Below are positions 35,030 through 46,183 of a stretch of DNA of 64,000 bases, one piece after another. The notes below the pieces were generated by a model that saw nothing but the letters and a program-made list of their open reading frames with translations, searched no databases and was not told the origin of the DNA. Made by a program: the position numbers and the translations under genes. Origin of the DNA: Macrostomum lignano (Eukaryota); contig NIVC01001419.1 of assembly GCA_002269645.1 (NCBI GenBank), positions 1 through 64,000 of the forward strand. The letters run 5' to 3'. The number at the start of each line of letters is the position of its first letter. Within the stretch, counting starts at the first letter, position 1.

Positions 35030-35335
35030 CACGCCCAGCCCCCGCAAACCCCCACTCGCCGACAGCCACTTCACGCCCAGCCCCCGCAAACCCCCACTCC
35101 CGACAGCCACCTCACGCCCAGCCCCGCAAACCCCACTCCCGACAGCCACCTCACGCCCAGCCCCCGCAAACCCCCACTCCCGACAGCCACCTCACGCCCA
35201 GACCCCGCAAACCCCCACTCCCGACAGTCACCTCACGCCCAGCCCCCGCAAACCCCCACTCCCCGACAGCCACCTCACGCTCCCACGCAAACCCCCACTC
35301 CCGACAGTCACCTCACGCCCAGCCCCCGCAAACCC
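35030..35335. repeat. 41-bp C-rich minisatellite, about 7.5 copies
   Basis: cacctcacgcccagcccccgcaaacccccactcccgacagc in tandem. Confidence 0.93.
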
Positions 35336-36005
35336 CCAAAATGTAGCAGTGAATTATTTTAGGCGAGTTCTTAGTTGTCTCGTTGCGAGTTTGCGTTCGA
35401 TTTATTTATTATCGTATTTACCTATTTTTTCGTTTTAAAATAGCTAGGCGCATAAATTTAATGTGCGATCGTTAAAGCTTTTCTGTTATAGACACGTAAC
35501 TTTTGTTTGTACTTTTTAGCATAGCTGTTCGAGCTTGCTTAAATGACTATTGGTTTGGTTTTTGTCTTCAATTTGCGTTTGCTTAGAATTAGTATTTATA
35601 ATTAGTTTAACTATTGTAAGTTGTTTTTCATCACTATTATAATATTCAAAACTATTTTAAAGTCAATTTTTGCACCTGCACTTGCGAATTTTGTTTGTCT
35701 AAGTAGGCACCTCCCTATCGCGTCACAAATATAGCTAGTAAAGTTTTTTACAAGGATATTTACAAGGATTTTTACAAGGACAAGGATAAAGGAAAGTCTA
35801 ATAAAGTTTTTAGGTTGATGAGATGAAAATTTAAATGAGTAGAAATACATAAACAGTTCTGTCAGTTAGTTGTCTTTATCGTTCAATTCTACCTTTGTCC
35901 TAATTATTTGCTTTCCAAATAAAACTTGTTTGGCTAACCGATCAAGCTGTCAATCAATTAACAAATTTCAATCGATCGATCGATCGTCACTACTTGCAGC
36001 AGCCA

Positions 36006-39000
36006 ATGGCCAGTCCGCCGCCTCGTCAATTTAAATACTGCAGCTGTTTTTTGACGGACAACTATTTCCTGGAAGAGCTGGGCATCCATCTGAATCTGCG
36101 TAGCCTGACAGATGACAGCTTGAAATTGTCCAACAGCGAGCTGGAACAGCTTATAGCTAAGGCGAGTGAGATTTCAATTGTCAAATTCAAATTTTGTTAT
36201 CTTAAATAACATATTTTTTATTTCTCGAATGGCTTACCTATTCAAAATCCCATAGCTCAGGTTTAAATAGCTTAAATCCTATGTCATAAATACCATATTC
36301 TATATCTCAAATTCTATTACTTCTATTATTCCAATCCCATACCCAAAATTCAAAATCCCAAGTCCCATATCCCAAATCCCATACTCCAAATCCCATACCC
36401 CGACCCCATAATCCAAATCCCATACCCCGATCTCATACCCCAAATTCTATACCCCAAATCCCATAACTCAAACACCATATCCCTAATCCCATACCTCAGA
36501 TAGATCCGATACCTCATTTCCCATACCTTACCCCAATCCCATACCCCACATCTCATATTCCAATCACATACCCCTAATCCCATGCCCCAATCCCATATCT
36601 CAAATCCCATAGACTAATCCCATAACTAAAAATCCCATACCCCATAACCAAAAAGTCCCATACCCGATAACCAAAAATCCCATACCCCATAACCAAAAAT
36701 CCCATACCCCATAACCAAAAGTCCCATACCCGATAACCAAAAATTCCATACCCCATAACCAAAAATCCCATACCCGATAACCAAAAATCCCATACCCGAT
36801 AACCAAAAATCCCATACCCCATTACCAAAAATCCCATACCGGATAACCAAAAATCCCATACCCCATAACCAAAAATCCCATACCCGATAACCAAAAATTC
36901 CATACCCGATAACCAAAAATCCCATACCCGATAACCAAAAATCCCATACCCGATAACCAAAAATCCCATACCCCATTACCAAAAATCCCATACCCGATAA
37001 CCAAAAATCCCATACCCGATAACCATAAATCCCATACCCCATAACCAAAAATTCCATACCCGATAACCAAAAATCCCATACCCCATAACCAAAAATCCCA
37101 TACCCGATAACCAAAATCCCATATCCCATTACCAAAGATCCCATACCCCATAACCAAAAATCCCATACCCCATAACCAAAAATCCCATACCCCATAACCA
37201 AAAATCCCATACCCCATAACCGAAAATCCCATACCCCATAACCAAAAATCCCATACCCCATAACCGAAAATCCCATACCCCATAACCAAAAATCCCATAC
37301 CCCATAACCGAAAATCCCATACCCCATAACCAAAAATCCCATACCCCATAACCAAAAATCCCACACCCCCACCGCAGTCCTGGCTCGAGCGTCATCCCAG
37401 CGCGGACCGAGCTGCCCTGCAGCAGCAGCTCCGCCGCCTACAAGCGGAGGGGATTTTCTCCCGTTGTGCCGCCGAACTGCTAGCCGAGCAAACCCGTCGC
37501 GAGTCCGAGGATGAAGCGAGCTTTGCTAGGGAGGCTGAGATTGCCAGCCGGCATGTGTACAAGAATCCGGACCTTTTTAGCTATGGCGAGGTGTCGCAGG
37601 TAATTGCCGAATAATTAAACAATTATAACTTGGGATTTTCGTATTTTCCTTTTCCAATCCAAGCGTGAGTCGCTTGAGTAGCTTGGTTTTACCCTTGGTA
37701 TGACTCATTATCCTGCCAGAAAGAGTCAGTAACTATCCGCATTCTGCGCACATTTGCAATTGGGCATTAAAATACTAATATTTCTACTGTAAGTAAGTAA
37801 CATGGGTCATTTTTTAATTGTATGAAGTTTCAACTTATTATATAAAGCGTTTTTGTCTTGCATTGCGCAATTTTTTTTCATTTCAGCGGTCCATGTTTGA
37901 TCCCAGATTTGTGGCCATTGTTGAGGCTTGTCGCCATGGCAACAAAGCGACACCTGGAGTGTCTATGGATGATCTGAGACAATACGGATTAAGGCAGGTG
38001 TTAGAGGTAAATTCCTTTACAAAACGCGACTACAGTTAGAAATTTTTGCCAGACTTGCAAAAAATAAGTGATATTTGTTTAAAATGAATTCAAATACAAA
38101 ATAGGGTTTAGTTTAGGATATAGTTCAGTTAGTATAGGGTTTAGTTTAGGCCATTGGGTTTAGGATAGGGTTTGGTTTAGGTTTATTTTAGGATAAGGTT
38201 TAGTTCAGGATAAGGTTTAGTTTAGTGTAGATTCAGTTCAGAAAATAGGTTTTAGATTTAGATTTAAAGTTTGAGTTAGATTAGGGTTCAAAATAGGGTT
38301 GAAGCAAAGTTTAGGTTTAGGTTAGGGTTAAGTTTGGCAGTCAATCTGTAGCTGTCAAATATGCGCACCTATGCAGCAGCCTTCCTTTGAATTCAACAGT
38401 TCAGAATGTACATGCAAATACGGTGTCCTATCAGTCAACTCAGTGCTAGAAGTCAGTCTCCCATCTCCATCTCCCAGGACGTGTACTTTCTGCCAGTCTT
38501 CTCCCCATCCTTCTGCTCCGCCCTGCGCTCCGAGTTCAGCCACTTCTCCGACCATTCGCCAGTGAAAACCGGCCGGCCGAACACCATGAACCGGGACGGC
38601 CTCCTATTGGACGAGCTCCGACCAATCAGAGCCTGGCTAGACCGGCTTCGATCCGATTGGCTGCAGCCGCTGGTTGATTGTCTGCTTCCGGAAGCAGCAA
38701 ACGGGGCTAAATTGGACTCGCACCGGGCCTTCACAGTTCGCTACCTGCCTGGCAGGGACACCGGCCTCGGCTATCACTATGACAACGCTGAGGCCACTCT
38801 AAACGTGTGTCTAACCGATTCCAATAGTTACCATGGCAACGCCTTGTACTTTGGCGATCTAGTCGAGCCCAAGCTTGGCGGCGGCTGTCCTTTGATCTCG
38901 CCGGAGCGGCTGGAAGCCTTGCCCGGCGTTGAGCAGCGCCTGGGCTGGGGGCTGCTGCACCCCGGACTGCGGATGCATGGGGTTCGCCGCCTACTTGAGG

Positions 39001-39125
39001 GGACCCGTCTGAATCTCATCCTGTGGCTGCGGGCCAGCCGCCTGAGGAACCGTCTCTGCCCGCGCTGCTGGCGCCGGCCTGAGTGCACCCGGTTGAGCCG
39101 GCGCTACGGTGACGGCATGACCTGA
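36006..39125 (+). CDS. OGFOD2: 2-oxoglutarate/Fe(II)-dependent dioxygenase OGFOD2 ortholog, 4 exons, about 381 aa
   Basis: join(36006-36161,37378-37599,37887-38006,38478-39125), all phase 0, first donor GC. N-terminal CSCFLTDN, GRPNTMN, LDSHRAFTVRY, HYDNAEATLNV (HxD), MHG (distal His), RLNLILWLRAS, and C-terminal LCPRC...GDG match OGFOD2. Confidence 0.92.
36330..37365. repeat. 22-bp minisatellite (ccataccccataaccaaaaatc) with a degenerate 5' part, OGFOD2 intron 1
   Basis: Regular array 36620-37365 (about 34 copies), ending about 12 nt before the acceptor. Confidence 0.95.
38100..38336. repeat. Degenerate TTAGGG/TTTAGG-like low-complexity tract in OGFOD2 intron 3
   Basis: Repeated gggtttag, ttagggtt and tttaggttaggg motifs. 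Confidence 0.7.
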
Positions 39126-39242
39126 ACCCCAGGCTGAACCCCAGACTGAACCCCAGGCTGAACCCCAGGCTGAACCCCAGTCTGAACCCCAGGCTGAACC
39201 CCAGGCTGAACCCCAGTCTGAACCCCAGTCTGAACCCCAGAC
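39123..39242. repeat. 12-bp tandem repeat x10 (tgaaccccaggc) starting at the OGFOD2 stop codon
   Basis: TGA every 12 nt from 39123 to 39231. Confidence 0.95.
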
Positions 39243-39694
39243 TCCCTAAGTGAAAATTGTTTTCCATCCTACAAAACCCTATTTAATTTAGCACGAAATA
39301 AAACCCTGAGAGGGTTACAGATTTTTGAGAAACTTTTATCATCTCGAGTCGGATAATGTATAATGTACACGAATACGCTTAGATGCTACTTACAATGCGC
39401 ACAACCAGTAGGCATATGCAGACATTAAAAGCTAAATACACAGCGACTGAAATTCTGCATAATAAGTTTTGTTTCTTGCATCTCGCCCTGCTGGGGAAAT
39501 AGTAACTTGAGGAAATCAGACTACTCACATTCTCTGTGATCATCAATACTACTTGGATGATTAGCTTGTTTGGTTTACTTTAAATGTTGCTTGAATTGCG
39601 CTTGATGAAGATGATAGCTGGTTTTTTTCAAGAGTTCTCAGCGCTTAATTGTAAGTACTTCACCTAAACTTCCGAACTGCAAAATAAGCAAGTA

Positions 39695-40417
39695 TATCTT
39701 TTTGCGATCTAGTTTGCCAAAACTGCTATCAATTTTGCCCGCGGAAAAATATCACTTATAATTTTGCTGTCTAGGCCAAGTCTGCTCAGTCATGACCAGA
39801 GTTTCAGCCACAGACAACTTTGAAAACTGCAATCAATTTTGCCAAAACTGCGACCTAGTTTGCCCATAGCAAGCCAAGAAGGATTTTTATTGAGAATCAA
39901 TTCGGAAGTGTGACGAAATAAACTGTAACAGTAACAATAAACAGCGAGTTTATAATGGTAGACGTAAGCACAAATGCTCTCAATCAGAGCATTGTTAAGG
40001 GACCTCCGCTTGGCACCTCCGCGAGGCAGAGGCTCTATACGACCGGTTGCGTTGAATTGTCCAACTATGTAAGTCACGGTTCTTCGTGAGATGCCCAACA
40101 GCCTACCGAAATCTTGCCAGTCCTCTCCATCCTGATATGCTTGAATCAATCGCTGCCGGTCCTTCGCTGAAATCCTGTTATAAGGTCCACGCTGGGCCAT
40201 TCTTTGATCTTGCTATGTATGTCTGTGGTGTTTTCTTTGCTATGGGCAAACTAGGTCGCAGTTTTGACAAAATTGATTGCAGTTTTCAAAGAGTTGTCTG
40301 TGGCTGAAACTCTGGTCATGACTGAGCAGACTTTGCCTAGACAGCAAAATTATAAGTGATATTTTTCCGTGGGCAAAATTGATTGCAGTTTTTGGCAAAC
40401 TAGATCGCAAAAAGGTA
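39695..40417 (-). mobile_element. Tc1/mariner (IS630-like) internal-deletion derivative with about 180-bp IR/DR-type TIRs
   Basis: TIRs 39695-39872 and 40237-40417, TA-flanked. The internal ORF from ATG 40200 (MAQRGPYNRIS.KDRQRLI...LGISRRTV..IV..F..TG.IEPLPRGG) is a transposase N-terminal HTH. No DDE domain. Confidence 0.85.
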
Positions 40418-40769
40418 TATTTTTATGTTTGAGGTTCTAAAAGTATAGAACGTAACGGACGCACCTCGTATTATTTTCCGTAGCAACGAGTATACGTCTT
40501 ACCACAGACAATTGCCGCGTTCAAGGATCGAGGGAAACAAGGTGGGTGTTTCATATAGCAAACAGATATAGCCGCATATGTATAAGTTTTTGGCTTTTGC
40601 CGATTCTATAACTAAAACCTATAACAAAAGGTTGCAGAACTTTTTTTGATCACCCCTCGTAGTGGATACAAGTGCGGCTAGTGACAAGTGAATTTCATGT
40701 CCTTTGCATGTCGGCTTCCCCCGTGTTTTTTTGAGTGTCGCCTCGACTATACGCAAAGAAAAGAAATTT

Positions 40770-41300
40770 GAATGACTATGCGGCTGTATGAGTGTGAGCT
40801 TGCATTTAAGCAAGTCACAGGTCAACTTACCTCAAGCAAAGTGCTGATTCACTGTGATCCGTCCAAGAAGCTGAAGCTAGAATGTGGCGCTCTCATTTTC
40901 CATAAAACAAAGACCAGAGACAGGCCAATCGCCCACGCTTCTAGAACACTGTCAGCTACTGAAAAGCAGGAACAGCATGTGAAACCCAGGCAAATCTAGC
41001 TATTTCAGTAGATGACAGTGTACGTGTACGTGACAGAAACTCTGAAGGATCCGCGGTGTTGAAGCAGATGTCAGGACGGAACTGAAGCCATACTATGACA
41101 AGAGACATGAACTGGGGTTGTCACTGGTGTACTATACTGCTGCTTGGGATGCGTGTGGTTATTCCTGCAGAGTTTTGCAGACTGGTTCTTACTCGGGCAT
41201 TGTGCTCACAAAGTCAAAGGCGAGGATGCACTGCTGGTGGCCCAAAATTGATCAGGACTCTCTCAAGTGTACCTACCACTTCACTGAGACTGAAGCGCGG
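40770..41300 (+). pseudogene. Degenerate Ty3/Gypsy pol fragment (RNase H and integrase zinc-binding region)
   Basis: CELAFKQV..QLTSSKVLIHCDPSKKLKLEC, RPIAHASRTLSATEK, and RVVIP...GIVLTKSKARMHCWWPKIDQD, with deletions and frameshifts. Confidence 0.8.
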
Positions 41301-41419
41301 TGAATTCCCTTAGAGCAACAACCTTTCTGCTGCTTATAACTTTCTACGTCATTACCCGCTGCGAGTCAACTGTTTAGAGCTAGGCCACTTAGTCATTTAT
41401 TGGATTGGGGGATAAGCAA

Positions 41420-41840
41420 GCATCCCCCGATAGCAAGCTTCTCCAGATAGTAAGCATCCTCCAGATAGCAAGCATCCCCGATAGCAAGCTTCCCCAGATA
41501 GCAAGCATCCTCCAGATAGCAAGCATCCCCGATAGCAAGCTTCCCCAGATAGCAAGCATCCCCGATAGCAAGCTTCCCCAGATAGCAAGCATCCTCCAGA
41601 TAGCAAGCATCCCCGATAGCAAGCTTCCCCAGATAGCAAGCATCCTCCAGATAGCAAGCATCCCCGATAGCAAGCTTCCCCAGATAGCAAGCATCCTCCA
41701 GATAGCAAGCATCCCCCAAATAGCAAAGCATCCCCCAGATAGCAAAGCATCCCCCAGATAGCAAAGCATCTCCCAGATAGCAAGCACCCCCACCCCCAAG
41801 AGCAAGCATCTCTCAGATAGCCAGCATCCCCCAGATAGCA
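41420..41840. repeat. 16-18-bp minisatellite (gatagcaagcatcccc), about 25 copies
   Basis: Alternating variants in tandem. Confidence 0.95.
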
Positions 41841-42180
41841 AGCACCCTTAATGTATAATAGCTTCCTTCTACTTGTCCATGCTTGAAAATTCGGTGGCCA
41901 TATTGGGCACTCACAGGCAACTAACTTGACATTTTGGCGAAATTACCCGATCCGCTTGTACATCTAGACTTTGTGGCCTGCATGGCGCATTGGTTAGGTC
42001 AGCCGCAAGCCAGTTGCAATTTAAAATTTATACATTATATAAACAGGGCTTCATCGCGAATTCTGTTATTCGTGAGTTAATTGCGCTAAACATCGTGGCA
42101 GATTTTCCGTCTGTGTGAATTTGCATAAAAAATGATTTTTTTTATTAGAGGCAGGGGGGTTGTGTGCACCCTGGCGCACT

Positions 42181-42497
42181 TTAAGCGACATTGGCACACA
42201 ACCGGCGAGAGGCATTACTGTCCATTCCGCCGACTCCCCTGAGCAGGCATACAAGCGCGCGGATACGTACGCAGGCACACACTCACAAAGGAGTGTACAG
42301 CGGCCCTAACTTTATTTTATCGTTAGGCATGTACACTTCACTGCGCCTTCACTGGGGGATGGCCCTCAAGGCCGTTAATTACACGAGCAGAGCCAAGCCT
42401 AGATTCCAATTCAGCCCCAAATTAATGTGACTGCACTTGGAATCGAGCCTGGCTCGCTGGCACACCAGAGCAGCTGCGCTACCGCTGGGCTACGGCC
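42181..42497 (-). mobile_element. tRNA-derived SINE
   Basis: The minus strand begins GGCCGTAGCCCAGCGGT (A box) ... GGCTCGATTCC (B box). The body is homologous to 45582-46157 and 1348-1505. Confidence 0.8.
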
Positions 42498-43629
42498 CCC
42501 CTAGCATAAAAAATGATATAATCTGATTAAATTTCCACATCCTGCATCTAGCCTTAATGCATTTTCGCCGTTTAAATGGTTTGTCATCCACGCGATAATT
42601 TTGGCATTTGCTTGAATTGCATGCGCTAAACGAGTCAGTGCTTAGAAGTGCAACATTCTCTCTTATGTCGGAACATTCTCTCCTCCCTTCTGGAAGTGGG
42701 TAGCGTGCGGGTGTTCGCCGATATCGCTCCTCAGGTGATGGGGTCGCCAGTCACTGCGGCGACAGCGAGACCTCAATTACAGCTCAACCGCGCCATGGTC
42801 CGCCGGTGGGTCGTTGCACTTGACCAGCTGGCTCCATCTGCTGCCTGTTAGAGAATGCAAGCGTGTTGGGCCCTGCTCGAGAGGCTCTTTCAACCCGCTT
42901 ACCAATTTTTGCTCTCGAACACAGAGTCACGCGAGCTCTCCTTTACTTGTTGGTGTAGTCAAGGTTTTTGACCTGTCCCTGTGCCAAGCCTTCTGGTTGG
43001 GCCGGTCTACTCCGCCGTTGCCTTACAAGCAGTACCGGCCCGCTTGTATGCGCTGTGCAGCCTCAGTTTATGTGTTTTACCCGTCTGTTTCTATTGGCTG
43101 CCAACCTACCATGTCAGTCAAAACTTGAAAATTGGAATGCCAAGCAAAAACAGGCCCCTAATACATCTTCACAGTCCCCACGTATTGCATAGGAGGTATA
43201 AAATACTCGGAAACTTTTGATTTTACCTGCTTGCTCTTCTATACGAGTTTGCGAGCTCAGTTTTTCATCCACAACCTTGTTTTGATCTTCTATCCCTGCA
43301 AATAAATTCTTATCTCGATCATCCCGCTTTGAGCTGTGCAAGGTCGTGCTCACCCTTCAGCTCAAACTCGGCTGTGAGCACTAATCGGGCGAATTCAGAT
43401 CGTTGAGAAGTGTTGAACTTGCACAGTCGAGGATAGAAAGAAAGGTAGGGGAGAAGACGATTACAGAGGCGCCAAGAAAGCAGGCGGTGGCTTTAAGAGT
43501 GTGGTGGGACTCTATCGGGCGTTAGCTGCGAGGATCTGTGTAATAATAGTCTGAGTAAACTGACTGCGCTTGCATAGATGAGGATTCGTTTATTCAACCG
43601 AATCCAGCAGTTTCCGTTCGAGTTTGAAG

Positions 43630-44151
43630 ATGCGCCTGTGCTGCTGCTTCCGCTGGCGGAACAAATCACTGCTGATGACTTCTGCGGCCTTCGAGAGGCA
43701 GCGACTGTGCTGGCGGCTGTGCGTCGGCTGCGTGGTTTTGCTGCTTGCCTGGAGCCGTGAGTCTGGTGCTGCTTTTCTTATATGAAATAATGATGAGGAA
43801 TTGCTGTGTGAAGCTGCCTACTCTGCGAGAGGCCAGTTACCACTGTTTAAAGCAGATTGTCACACATTGTACAAGACTGTAAAACCAACTTATCAAACTG
43901 CACACCTAGACTTAGCTGACTCTTACATGTAGCAAAAAAGTTTCCAAGACTCAAAAAGTGCTGGAAAAGTCAATTCAAAATGAACCTAGGTATCTATTGC
44001 AACGAAATTGGAATTCATCCTGGCAACAGCGTCAGGTTACTTGCCTGGCATGGTGCGGAAGCAATAGCTTACACTTGCTTGGAACATCTTCTAAGCTTTT
44101 CTGTCCCGCCTAGCCAGCACAACTGCTTGTTGCACCCTCGCACTCTCTCTC

Positions 44152-44182
<31 letters not shown>

Positions 44183-45515
44183 GTCATGAATTGATTATAA
44201 ATTGACTCCATGTGGTGCGCAGGCTTTGTTGAGAGAGAGATAAATCCAGTCTATGTCAACATTTGGCTCAGAGTTTGTATTTTCTATCTAAGTAAACCAC
44301 CTTTTGCTCGTAATTATTTGTTATACTCATACCAAACTTGACTGAATTGGAAGCAAGGCGTGCATGTTGAGGGTTACATGAATGTAGTTGTCCACCTAAT
44401 GCATTTAATGGTTCACCTATAATCAACTGTATCTCCGTTCCCTTTATTCTTTCTCCTATCTGTGCTCCCCAACCAGTCTCCTCGCGTCTTTCCATCGGTG
44501 TTTGCTGCAGACAAGCTGCGGACCATTTATTGATACAAGGGGACGCAGCTAACTGTAACTACGGCCAGAATCATGTAGACGCCTGCATCACAATTCGAAT
44601 AAAGGAAAAGGAAATTCAACACCCTAGAGAACAAAAGAAGAAGTAGGTTTTAGGCTACACGTCTGAAAGAGTGAACATCAACATGGGACACAAGTGTGGA
44701 CACCTAGTTGGCACCGCGCCTTTATTGCCAGTACTGCACACAGGCACTGAACTCATACACAGCTCACACAGGTGCACAGCAACCTTTGACTTTCCAATGC
44801 ACACCAAGCCCCAAATTAATGAGGCTGAATCGAACTAAGGATCGTGGTGGGAGAGTCAAACGTTTTCGAAATATGACCCGTGAGTCATAGAACTGGCCCA
44901 CTTCGCTTCTCCCTGAGCAGTTCTTCTGCAGAACGGGCTGGAACTGCGCGATATCCCTGTTTTGCTCCGCGATCGCGACGCACCCTTCGAGATTCGGGCC
45001 GCCCTGCCGAAGGCGTCCGTCTCAGCATCCGGCTGTCCGGCCAACGCGAGTTGCATCGCCTTCGCCACTCGAGCGTTCGGCAGCTACAGCTACTGGAATG
45101 GAGCGCTGCAGCCTGGCCTCGTGCCGAGCTGCGCCTCTGACTGCCGCGTGTTGGCGGACCCGTCCGAGGCCCACGCCCTGCTGTTCCACGGCTTCGATCT
45201 GCCGAGCAGACGTCGACTGCGTCAGATGCGACAGACTCAGCCGAGTAGTCAGCTGTGGATCTACTACAGCCAGGAGAGTCCAGTGCACCTACTCACTAAC
45301 CGGTGCGTTCGCGACTGCCTCATCTCGCCTTGGCTACCGTTTGCTGGTAGCGCTCTGGCGTTCGTCAAAGAGTTCGCGTTTCCGTCATACCTATTGCGCA
45401 ACTATCCAGACACAACTGAGGAGGCCGGCTATTTCAATTGGACTGTCACCTACCGGAGGGATTCAACAATTTACTTACCTCACTCCAGGCTTGCTCGTGC
45501 TACAAACAATCAAGA
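43630..45515 (+). CDS. Alpha-1,3/4-fucosyltransferase (GT10), 5' exons only; the catalytic C-terminal part is not in the window
   Basis: join(43630-43756,44921-45515..). Phase 1 joins to give a type II membrane anchor (CVGCVVLLLAWSLLL). GT10 N-terminal motifs C.V.AD.SEAHALLFHG, QLWIYYSQESP, FNWTVTYRRDS.IYLP. Donor GTAAGT at 45516. Possible extra 48-nt intron at 45303-45350. Confidence 0.82.
44143..44182. repeat. (TC)n microsatellite
   Basis: About 20 TC units with one interruption. Confidence 0.95.
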
Positions 45516-45581
45516 GTAAGTGAATGCAAGATATTGGTTATAGGGTAACCTGCGACTAAACTGGCCTCTTTTTTATCAACC

Positions 45582-46157
45582 TTAAGCGACATTGTTTCAA
45601 AATCGGTGAGAGGCATTGTTTCCGTTGCCGCCGACTCTCCCGAGCAGGCACACAACCCTAGAAGACATTGACTTGTTGATTCTTAGCAGATCTTGTCTAT
45701 CTTCTTGGGTTGCTGCGCAAGTACTTGCAAGAACATGCAAGGTCTTCGCTATGATAAATACTTAGGTAAACTTACCAGATCTGCGCGACTTGCTACATCG
45801 TACAAGATCTTATCTTTTATATCTTTTTATAGCTTCGAATCGCATATTTTCTTAAATTTATTGTCTTATCTTGTCAAAAAATAAAATATAGTTCAGCTAG
45901 AACACTTTAGCCAAATGAATAACAAAACAAATGTACCTCCATCTTAGAAGACCCTGCAAGAACCTAGCAGATTGAGAAGATTGAGAAGATCAAAACAGAA
46001 TGTCTTCTAGGGAAGCGACTGCAAAGGCATCAATTGCACGAGCAGATCAGAACCGAGATTCCAACTTAGACCAAAATGAATATGTATAACTGCACTTGGA
46101 ATCGAGCCTGGACAGCTGGCACATCAGAGCGCCGCGCTAGACCACTGGGCTACGGCC
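45582..46157 (-). mobile_element. tRNA-derived SINE copy interrupted by a MITE
   Basis: Head 46089-46157 matches 42430-42497. Tail 45582-45655 matches 42181-42255. Confidence 0.8.
45656..46012. mobile_element. MITE with CCC...GGG termini and a 2-bp TSD (CMC/EnSpm-like)
   Basis: Perfect 14-bp TIR ccctagaagacatt / aatgtcttctaggg. Comparison with the empty site in the SINE copy at about 42250 (caagcg) shows duplication of AA. Confidence 0.8.
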
Positions 46158-46183
46158 GCCATCCAGGCAGACTGACTTCAGCT

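Noticed and set aside
36574-37395. Gly/Trp/Phe-rich minus-strand ORFs; similar ORFs at 14544-15131, 26947-27477, 30451-31204, 32693-33120, 34973-35362 and 41389-41841
   Set aside because: All are tandem-repeat or low-complexity translations with no family motifs.
42430-42497. Functional tRNA genes (also 46089-46157 and about 25262-25305)
   Set aside because: A/B boxes are present, but I could not form a complete cloverleaf, and each is attached to a repeated non-tRNA body. They are SINE heads.
42640-43360. Short ORFs upstream of the fucosyltransferase, considered as a transposase or gene remnant
   Set aside because: No recognisable domain motif or consistent splice structure in any frame.
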